DNA from: a virus
DNA length: 64,000 bases
Virus record (IMG/VR): IMGVR_UViG_3300009130_000014
Location: 1-64,000 of that record
Strand: one strand, 5' to 3'
Under the pieces are notes generated by a model that saw only the letters and a list, made by a program, of their open reading frames with translations, was not told where the DNA came from and did no database searches. Below are positions 1 to 6,081 of the stretch, piece after piece (position 1 is the first letter of the stretch; each line of letters starts with the position of its first letter). The position numbers and the translations under genes were made by a program.

Positions 1-50
1 TGTTTTATTTCGCAAGTTGTCTTTACGTCTTTTTTATCTTTGTAAATCAT
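1..50 (-). CDS. 5' part of a small cassette gene running off the window edge (MIYKDKKDVKTTCENK...)
   Basis: ATG at 48-50 on the minus strand after an A-rich leader, just beyond the attC-like site at 70-121; frame open to base 1. Confidence 0.5.
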   Translation of the reverse strand, partial: MIYKDKKDVKTTCEIK

Positions 51-69
51 ATCTTTATTTATTAATAGT

Positions 70-121
70 AGATAACAATCTGTATAAGCGCATTAAAACG
101 CACTATACAGTGGCGTTATGT
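70..121 (+). repeat. attC-like palindromic site A (52 bp)
   Basis: AGATAAC (70-76) ... CTGTATA/TATACAG and GCG/CGC stems ... GTTATGT (115-121); the TAA stop of the neighbouring minus-strand gene lies in the core (116-118). Confidence 0.7.
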
Positions 122-301
122 GCAATTAAATAATAAGTGTCTAAGTATAGATATTTGTGCTTTTATTTCTACTTCGTTTTTATCTAAATCAGATAAAGTA
201 ACACCAATCACTTCGCCTTTACCAAATTTATCATAAAGCCTATTAACTTCTAATAATTGTTCTTCTTTAAGACTTAAAGCTTCTTTTACTTTCTTTTTCA
301 T
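116..301 (-). CDS. cassette-borne hypothetical protein, 61 aa (MKKKVKEAL...LLFNCT)
   Basis: C-terminal part of track ORF 116..433; ATG at 299-301 follows an A-rich leader, and the upstream extension is just translated palindrome. Confidence 0.7.
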   Translation of the reverse strand: MKKKVKEALSLKEEQLLEVNRLYDKFGKGEVIGVTLSDLDKNEVEIKAQISILRHLLFNCT

Positions 302-320
302 ATTTTTTTGTTTAAAAAGA

Positions 321-385
321 GCATAACAACGTGTCATACTCCATATTCCGCTTTGCTCCATACAGAGCATACACAAGAGTTGTAT
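321..385 (+). repeat. attC-like palindromic site B (65 bp)
   Basis: GCATAAC (321-327), arm GTGTCATACTCCATAT / ATACAGAGCATACAC with one extra C (extrahelical G on the bottom strand; mismatches become G-T pairs there), GTTGTAT (379-385). Confidence 0.75.
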
Positions 386-401
386 GCAATTAAAAAAAGA
401 C

Positions 402-615
402 ATACAACATTGTATAAAAAAGAATACGCTCATTCAGTTAGTGCTTTATACAAAAACATTATTTCTAATGTAACGTCCTTTTCACATTTCTTACACCTAA
501 AGTTAGCTCTATCCTTTCTGTACCATTTAGCCTTACAGCATAATGTTTTGGCTTCGGCAATTTTTTTGTCTATTTCATCCATTCGCTTTATTCTTTTTAT
601 ACGTTACCGTTATGT
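402..615 (+). repeat. long attC-like site C (214 bp) with a coding loop
   Basis: ATACAAC (402-408), arm GTATAAAAAAGAATA (412-426) / TATTCTTTTTATAC (589-602) with one extra A, GTTATGT (609-615). Confidence 0.65.
430..582 (-). CDS. 50-aa Cys-rich (CC...CxxC) putative zinc-binding protein inside the loop of site C
   Basis: Hand translation: MDEIDKKIAEAKTLCCKAKWYRKDRANFRCKKCEKDVTLEIMFLYKALTE*; below the ORF-track cutoff; fills the loop almost exactly. Confidence 0.6.
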   Translation of the reverse strand: MDEIDKKIAEAKTLCCKAKWYRKDRANFRCKKCEKDVTLEIMFLYKALTE

Positions 616-783
616 GCAATTAGCTTTTAGCCAATCTCCACGCTCTTTTATTTTTTTGTCTATTTCTGCTATTTCTTCTGGATACCATTTTCGGTCTACC
701 ATTTCCTTAATTTGTATATCTGCCTTAGCTTTTATTAGGTCTTGGAAAACCTTATCTTTTAATGTAGCTTTTTTGTAATTCAT
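610..783 (-). CDS. cassette-borne hypothetical protein, 57 aa
   Basis: Hand translation: MNYKKATLKDKVFQDLIKAKADIQIKEMVDRKWYPEEIAEIDKKIKERGDWLKANCT*; ends NCT* in the core site, as the 116..301 gene does. Confidence 0.7.
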   Translation of the reverse strand: MNYKKATLKDKVFQDLIKAKADIQIKEMVDRKWYPEEIAEIDKKIKERGDWLKANCT

Positions 784-813
784 AGTTAACTCATTTTACA
801 CAAGCGTTAGCAA
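784..813 (+). repeat. partial attC-like site D (right arm only)
   Basis: TTTTACACAAGC-GTTAGCAA (core 806-813); no convincing left arm found. Confidence 0.45.
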
Positions 814-1060
814 CATTACAATCTTCAATGTTTGGTAATGTTATAAAACCTCCTTTGTAGTCAAGTATCAAAGTTTCTTCATCATCATCATACTTTAATT
901 TACCTTTCACTTTACCTGTAGGGTGATTGTACTCTATTTCAATATCAGATAAAGAACGTTTGCTAACAATATGTAAATTCAAAAGCTCTTGTTTTAGCCA
1001 TTCGATTTCACTTTCCTTTAGGTTTGTATGTCTTAATAAGTCTTCTATTTCTTTTTCCAT
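791..1060 (-). CDS. cassette-borne hypothetical protein, ~89 aa, starting inside site E
   Basis: Track ORF 791..1081 with first ATG at 1058-1060; LLNLHIVSKR is the translated left arm of site E and NVANA the translated core of site D. Confidence 0.7.
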   Translation of the reverse strand: MEKEIEDLLRHTNLKESEIEWLKQELLNLHIVSKRSLSDIEIEYNHPTGKVKGKLKYDDDEETLILDYKGGFITLPNIEDCNVANACVK

Positions 1061-1089
1061 CGCTTCAAAATTTACATTCAACGTTATAA
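961..1089 (+). repeat. attC-like site E (129 bp) with a coding loop
   Basis: TGCTAAC (961-967), ATGTAAATT (971-979) / AATTTACAT (1069-1077), GTTATAA (1083-1089). Confidence 0.65.
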
Positions 1090-1097
1090 AGAATTAA

Positions 1098-1451
1098 CTA
1101 TCTACTAAACCTTACTTTTGAAATCTTGTGTTTTCTTTTCATAAATTCAGTTATAACCTTCTTTTGGTTTTTATCAAAATAATAATTTTTAACATCAACA
1201 AAAGCAGTGTTAATTATAAAAAAAGGCTCTGTTTCTGCTTGTGAAAAACCATACATATTATTAACCTCTTTTACTTCTTTTACTTCTACATTTAGAGTGT
1301 TTATTAATCCATTATATAAATCGTCATCTTCAACAACACAAGAATCAACTAACCAATTATAGTATTCTTTATTTTTTTCTAAATCACTTTCTATACTAGA
1401 TATTCTTTTTCTTATTAATTGTATTTCTTTTATTTTTATTATTTCGCTCAT
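1098..1451 (-). CDS. cassette-borne hypothetical protein, 117 aa
   Basis: ORF track; flanked by complementary cores GTTATAAA (1083-1090) and TTTATAAC (1462-1469). Confidence 0.75.
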   Translation of the reverse strand: MSEIIKIKEIQLIRKRISSIESDLEKNKEYYNWLVDSCVVEDDDLYNGLINTLNVEVKEVKEVNNMYGFSQAETEPFFIINTAFVDVKNYYFDKNQKKVITEFMKRKHKISKVRFSR

Positions 1452-1461
1452 AATATTAAAA

Positions 1462-1469
1462 TTTATAAC
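1462..1469 (+). repeat. terminal inverse-core half site of the cassette array
   Basis: TTTATAAC is the exact complement of GTTATAAA at 1083; no matching right arm downstream. Confidence 0.45.
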
Positions 1470-1542
1470 ATGGTAAGAGTATTAAAAAGAGCCTTTTATA
1501 ATGACTTGCTCAGGTCTACCCTACACATTATGCTTGTAAGGG

Positions 1543-1695
1543 TTAGTTTTTATGTATAAATAGATAAATATTAATTGCCATGTAAGATGATACACTACAT
1601 AATAAATGAACTATTGTTATAGGTTCATTATAATGATATGATGAATAATCTATGGTAATTAATAATATTAATATACATGTTAAAATATATTTCAT
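1543..1695 (-). CDS. small hydrophobic (membrane) protein, 50 aa
   Basis: Hand translation: MKYILTCILILLITIDYSSYHYNEPITIVHLLCSVSSYMAINIYLFIHKN*; A-rich leader. Confidence 0.4.
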   Translation of the reverse strand: MKYILTCILILLITIDYSSYHYNEPITIVHLLCSVSSYMAINIYLFIHKN

Positions 1696-1720
1696 GTTGT
1701 AAGGTTTTTGTTAATAATAT

Positions 1721-1752
1721 AAAAAAAGAAGCTACTATACTTCACTTCTTTT
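1721..1752 (-). terminator. possible weak intrinsic terminator
   Basis: Minus strand AGAAGT...GCTTCT stem followed by a T run, downstream of 1774..2541. Confidence 0.35.
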
Positions 1753-1773
1753 AATCAACATAATGTGTTTGTT

Positions 1774-2541
1774 TTATACTTCGTCTAAGAAATCATAAAG
1801 ATCTCCGTAGATAAGTTGACCGTTATAGTTCATATTATTCTCATTTAGTTTACTTATGTATTTATTATATACCTTAGATGCTGCATTTTTAATATCATCT
1901 GAAGATATACGAGCTTTATTACTAAGCTTACCTCTTAAGTAAGCCAATTCTACCATATTAATGATATCCTTTTCAGTTATATTATCAGGTAATTTTTTTA
2001 AGTTTTTCATAGTTATATTATTCTTTCTACTTTCATATCTTTCAATCCTACCACATTTCTGAATATAAGGCTCGGGCTCAACCCACACAACCTCGTTGTT
2101 TTGGAGTTTTGGAAACCAAATATCAGCAGGAAATCCAGGCCCAATTTCTTCATACTCCAACTCAACCTCTTCAGGCTGATGCCTAACATAGTATTCTATG
2201 AGTGATTTAGGGATTTGAGGTATTTTGTTCTGTACTTCATTACCTCTCATAACTCTTTGCATTCCAGCATGAAGCTTAGGATCAGTTGTAGCTATGATTT
2301 TATGATATTTTAAGTCACTACAATCAGAACTTCCTTTTACCATGCTTTCTTGTTTCTCTCTCCACTTTTTTGTATTATGTATTGGATAAGAGTAAAATGC
2401 AGACATAAACCAATCACCCTCTTTTATCTCATCATCTGAGAGTATGTAGAGGTATTTAAGGCTATCATATTTACCAGAAGTTAATTTAACTCCTGTTTTA
2501 TCCTCAGTAGGCAACATTACTATTTTATGTTTCTTTTTCAT
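1774..2541 (-). CDS. hypothetical early protein, 255 aa
   Basis: ORF track; overlaps the adjacent gene in a coupled operon. Confidence 0.8.
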   Translation of the reverse strand: MKKKHKIVMLPTEDKTGVKLTSGKYDSLKYLYILSDDEIKEGDWFMSAFYSYPIHNTKKWREKQESMVKGSSDCSDLKYHKIIATTDPKLHAGMQRVMRGNEVQNKIPQIPKSLIEYYVRHQPEEVELEYEEIGPGFPADIWFPKLQNNEVVWVEPEPYIQKCGRIERYESRKNNITMKNLKKLPDNITEKDIINMVELAYLRGKLSNKARISSDDIKNAASKVYNKYISKLNENNMNYNGQLIYGDLYDFLDEV

Positions 2542-2812
2542 ACTTAATTAGTTTAGTGTTAGACCAAGCAGTTTCTCTAGTTGGCATAGTTCTTTCTATT
2601 GTTATTTTAGGCTTATCTCTTCTTAATGAGTCAACAAGATTTTGTATTCCATCTTTAGATATATCATCTATAGAAGGCATAGAAGAAGGTGTTATTATAG
2701 TTGAGTCTAGATCAAGAGTCGCTAACATACTTTGAATCATTTTAATAATAGCATTGGCTCCTGTATTACTAGGAGCTAACACTTCTATTTGTATTCTATT
2801 GTTCTTTTTCAT
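2525..2812 (-). CDS. hypothetical protein, 95 aa
   Basis: ORF track; overlaps both neighbours. Confidence 0.7.
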   Translation of the reverse strand: MKKNNRIQIEVLAPSNTGANAIIKMIQSMLATLDLDSTIITPSSMPSIDDISKDGIQNLVDSLRRDKPKITIERTMPTRETAWSNTKLIKYEKET

Positions 2813-3308
2813 TATTAATCATTTTTAATGCTTTTAATAATCCAGCTTCAAGAGCCTGTTCGTAGGTGTCCCACCAACTCATAATGGAAAAAGAATCTTT
2901 CTTTTCATTAAAATCCCAAGAATCCTTCTTTCTTCCTTTTTCACAATTAGTGGTTATATCCCATATGTAGGCGTATTCAGAGTCGTCTATACAAGTGTAA
3001 TGAATACATAGCTTAATCTCATGAACCTCTCTCAACCATCTTTGTAGTAATGATTGGGTTGTAACTGTATAAGCCTCAAAATACTTAGGGTTATTTTGAC
3101 AACCAAAACATCCTCCACCATTTTTAGTAAATACCAAGTCTTTCTTATTCCAGTTTTCTTTACTAGCTAAATCATATCCATCATAACCATTAGGCTCGTC
3201 TTCATTTTTATGAAATTTATCACCAATGTATGCTGTATAAGTAGGAATATCAAATCCCTTCTCCTTAGCTAACTTAGCTGTTTCAAATGATATTAGTTCT
3301 TCTTTCAT
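2796..3308 (-). CDS. hypothetical phage protein, 170 aa (ISFETAKLAKEKGF...TQSLLQRWLRE...TYEQALEAGL type)
   Basis: ORF track; motif pattern recalled from Bacteroidota phage hypothetical proteins. Confidence 0.8.
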   Translation of the reverse strand: MKEELISFETAKLAKEKGFDIPTYTAYIGDKFHKNEDEPNGYDGYDLASKENWNKKDLVFTKNGGGCFGCQNNPKYFEAYTVTTQSLLQRWLREVHEIKLCIHYTCIDDSEYAYIWDITTNCEKGRKKDSWDFNEKKDSFSIMSWWDTYEQALEAGLLKALKMINNEKEQ

Positions 3309-3488
3309 TTTAGTTTTGTTTAATGTTTAATAGATTACAGTTTAGTAAGGTATCAAAGGTTTCTCACACCTTATCAACCTTACTAATTAACTGGATACAA
3401 GGCCCTTTGGCATATTATAACTACTTATTGAGAAGTAAGTAATTAAGCCCTAACATCGTAACCTTAGTATCATATGCATCCGCCTTCG

Positions 3489-3571
3489 TAACCCAGACAT
3501 GAATCGAACATGTGACACACGTTCTGCCTTTCGACAGTCATTACGCTGCTCTACCACTGAGCTACTGGGTT
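3489..3571 (-). tRNA. tRNA-like RNA with an aberrant anticodon arm (no canonical 7-nt loop)
   Basis: Minus strand AACCCAG-TA-GCTC AGTGGTA GAGC-A-GCGT AATGA CTGTC GAAA GGCAG A ACGT-GTGTC-ACATG TTCGATT CATGT-CTGGGTT-A; perfect acceptor, D and T arms; CCA not encoded. Confidence 0.8.
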
Positions 3572-3745
3572 ATGGGCTAGGTCTTTTAAAGAGTTCCCAA
3601 CCTTTTCTCCACTAGTCTTTCCGAGTAGTCAAGAGATAACTTCCCTAGTGCCTCTTACACTGTATCCCTACTAACTAGTATTCGGAATATACACAATTTG
3701 AGCTTCATTGATAGGCTTGTGTGGAATTTGCAAAGAGTTTAATTG

Positions 3746-3997
3746 TCCCCAACAAGGTTGTAATCCTTGTAACCATACACTAAGGCACATGTATTCATTT
3801 ATACACACTTTATCTTTATCTTCGATGTTATTATACAATATGGGCATTTACGCTTGACAGTATAATAACACTCCTTAGTGTATAGTTAGTTATTAAAGCC
3901 TCTAACGTTTTAGACAATACTGAATATAATTTAATCAGCGTAAATCACTTATGCAAGCAGCTCGTTAGTGGCGATAATCCTACAATTGGATTAGGGA
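3746..3997 (-). ncRNA. putative ~250-nt structured RNA
   Basis: Nested inverted repeats 3771-3785/3873-3887 (15 bp) and 3826-3836/3860-3870 (11 bp), hairpins 3753-3769 and 3975-3993, closing helix 3746-3752/3991-3997; mismatches are G-U pairs only on the minus strand. Confidence 0.5.
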
Positions 3998-4126
3998 AAT
4001 ATTTTATATTAAGGTTTTACAAGGTTATAATAGATTGTTAATTAAGGTGAAGGTGAAGTAGGATAAAATGAATAAAAAGCTATATTAGTTATGACTTAAT
4101 AAAACTTGATGATGAAGGAGACTCTC

Positions 4127-4169
4127 GAAAAGAAGGGAAGGAGTAGTGAATACTACTCCTTAACTCCCT
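4127..4169 (-). terminator. intrinsic terminator or stable hairpin after 4175..4444
   Basis: Perfect 10-bp stem AAGGAGTAGT (4138-4147) / ACTACTCCTT (4152-4161), extendable, followed on the minus strand by CCCTTCTTTT. Confidence 0.6.
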
Positions 4170-4174
4170 GAGAA

Positions 4175-4444
4175 TCAACCCTTATAGCTTACTAACCACT
4201 TATTAGTGTAAGTATTAACTACTCCGGTATCTTGATCTACTACTTCCTTTTCGGATTCGCGTATAACCCATTGCTTAGGGTTAAAGTTAGCTAATAGTTC
4301 TTCTGCAATAGGCTCTGGTGTTTCAATAGAGAAGTAATCTCTAACTGTTACATTTCCTAATGGAGTAGATTCTACAGCATTGTACTCAATAGTAGATAAG
4401 ATAGTGTTTCTTTCAGTTTCGAATGTTCTTGTGATCTTTGTCAT
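4175..4444 (-). CDS. hypothetical protein, first gene of the leftward unit, 89 aa
   Basis: ORF track; followed by a terminator hairpin. Confidence 0.75.
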   Translation of the reverse strand: MTKITRTFETERNTILSTIEYNAVESTPLGNVTVRDYFSIETPEPIAEELLANFNPKQWVIRESEKEVVDQDTGVVNTYTNKWLVSYKG

Positions 4445-4926
4445 AATTATATTGTATAGGTTTAAGAGGGGTATACCACAACTCCTCAGTATCTAGGGGG
4501 AGGTTTGAATAGGGTGCACACCGATTTTAATCACGCATAAAATTTTTCAAAAAATTAATAATGAAAATTAGGGGGGGGATAATATAAACCACACCCATGT
4601 TTTTAAAAAGGATAATATAAGATCATATATAAATGTTATAATTATTATCACGGGATAAGTGAATAATAATTAATATTATAAAATAATAAAGTTAACCATA
4701 GATAATATAAGAAGGGATAGTAAATAAGATATGGGTGAAATCTAGCTTTACACTATCAAAAACAAAGATTTTAAGGTATTTTCCCTTTCCTCTATATAAT
4801 CACACCGAGTATATAATATACTCACACCGAGTATAAAAGTTATTCGTATGATGAAATATTTACACCAAAAGGTGTAAAGTTTATAATTTTTTTATATATT
4901 AGCATATAAATCAAAAACAATAAATT
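4445..4926. promoter_or_regulatory. divergent control region (strand switch) with ACACC repeats and hairpins
   Basis: Direct repeat TCACACCGAGTATA at 4800-4813 and 4822-4835; palindrome TTTACACC-AAAA-GGTGTAAA at 4859-4878; TATATTAG at 4895-4902 resembles the Bacteroidota -7 box TAnnTTTG. Confidence 0.6.
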
Positions 4927-5121
4927 ATGAATGTGCAAACATTGAAGGCTATCTTAAATAAGAATGTAAGTGGCCAAGCAGGAGTAAAAATCATATTTAA
5001 AAACAAAGAATATGATTTATTAAGTGTAGTTAAAGGAGCTGAATCTATCGGTATTGTAGTTAATACTGGAGAAATTGAAGAACCTGAAGTAAAAGTAAAA
5101 ACAGAAGAAGGAGATGAGTAA
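4927..5121 (+). CDS. hypothetical protein, 64 aa
   Basis: ORF track; first gene of the rightward operon. Confidence 0.7.
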   Translation: MNVQTLKAILNKNVSGQAGVKIIFKNKEYDLLSVVKGAESIGIVVNTGEIEEPEVKVKTEEGDE

Positions 5122-5413
5122 TATAGGATTTATACCACATGGAACATACTTACTAGTACAGGTTCCGAATGAGTATTATGAAGGTAAAGCTGATATTGTA
5201 GTTAATGAAGCTACAAGAAAAGCTCAAAGAAGAGAATACATTGAAAGAGGGGATAAGATGAAAGTTGCAGCAATCGGGGAAGACTGTAAATTTGTTGAAG
5301 TTAATGATTATGTAGCAATACACGCCAGAGGTATGATGGAGGTAGAGCTAGATGATTTTGATGAACCCTTCATCTTAGTAAGAGAAAGTGAGATATTAGG
5401 TAAATTCGCTTAA
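5114..5413 (+). CDS. groES: GroES/Cpn10-like co-chaperonin
   Basis: 99 aa; FIPHGTYLLV, VAAIGEDCKFVEVNDYV and ILVRESEILG match the Cpn10 pattern. Confidence 0.75.
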   Translation: MSNIGFIPHGTYLLVQVPNEYYEGKADIVVNEATRKAQRREYIERGDKMKVAAIGEDCKFVEVNDYVAIHARGMMEVELDDFDEPFILVRESEILGKFA

Positions 5414-5532
5414 TGGAAGCTTTAGAGTTTTTTGCTTACAACTTCCTCCACTTTCGTGTGGAGGGAGATACCTTATTAGTAAACGAGGGAGGAATTTGGC
5501 TCCCTGTGCAATCATTAGAAGGAACAGAATGA
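5413..5532 (+). CDS. unlisted 39-aa peptide
   Basis: MEALEFFAYNFLHFRVEGDTLLVNEGGIWLPVQSLEGTE*; coupled by TAATG upstream and ATGA downstream. Confidence 0.55.
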   Translation: MEALEFFAYNFLHFRVEGDTLLVNEGGIWLPVQSLEGTE

Positions 5533-5834
5533 ATAATTTTATAAAACTATTGAGATATCACTTCCTTAAGAGGAATGGCTTATTGATAAATATTATAGGA
5601 ATTTCTACTATCGTGTTATTATGGAATGTGTCTTTTGCAATAAATATATTTCTAGCATTAATAGGTGTGATGTTACTTGTTTTTCTCTTCGTATCGTTCA
5701 ATCAAATAGAAGATATTAAAAAAGGAGCTAAATTAGAAAAAGTAAATAAGGATAGCTTAAATACAATGTTAAAATATCCTACTACTTATCACTACGAATT
5801 AAAATATTTATATGAACTTGCAAGAAGCTTATAA
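5529..5834 (+). CDS. membrane protein with two TM segments
   Basis: Track ORF 5496..5834 restarted at ATG 5529; two hydrophobic helices. Confidence 0.7.
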   Translation: MNNFIKLLRYHFLKRNGLLINIIGISTIVLLWNVSFAINIFLALIGVMLLVFLFVSFNQIEDIKKGAKLEKVNKDSLNTMLKYPTTYHYELKYLYELARSL

Positions 5835-6081
5835 TATAACAATCAAAAAGGAATTGACAGAACAAGAATCTTTGGATTTGGTTAAATTTTATATTAAAAC
5901 TTTAAAAAATAAAAATATAGAAGCAAAAATTCCATCAACTTATATCACAAATTCTCCTGCGTCTATGTTTATTTATAGAAGAGAAATGGAGTATTTATTA
6001 AGAATGGCGCATTATGCTAGAATATTTATTAAAGCTTTATATGAAGAACCGGAGAACATTACCGTAAAAACTTATGGGTAA
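5812..6081 (+). CDS. hypothetical protein, 89 aa
   Basis: ORF track; overlaps both neighbours. Confidence 0.7.
   Translation: MNLQEAYNITIKKELTEQESLDLVKFYIKTLKNKNIEAKIPSTYITNSPASMFIYRREMEYLLRMAHYARIFIKALYEEPENITVKTYG

Noticed and set aside
302-433. N-terminal extension of track ORF 116..433
   Set aside because: It is a translation of palindromic site B; a better ATG with an A-rich leader lies at 301
308-778. 156-aa + strand ORF
   Set aside because: Antisense shadow of two minus-strand ORFs and palindromic sites; TTG start and F/S/I/L-rich composition
70-1470. CRISPR array, terminators or REP elements as an explanation of the repeats
   Set aside because: The units are not identical direct repeats with uniform spacers and lack U tails; offset core complementarity fits cassettes better
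3746-3997. tmRNA or hammerhead ribozyme
   Set aside because: No GGGG 5' end, TTCRA T loop, CCA end or tag ORF, and no CUGANGA/GAAA hammerhead core; kept only as an unknown structured RNA
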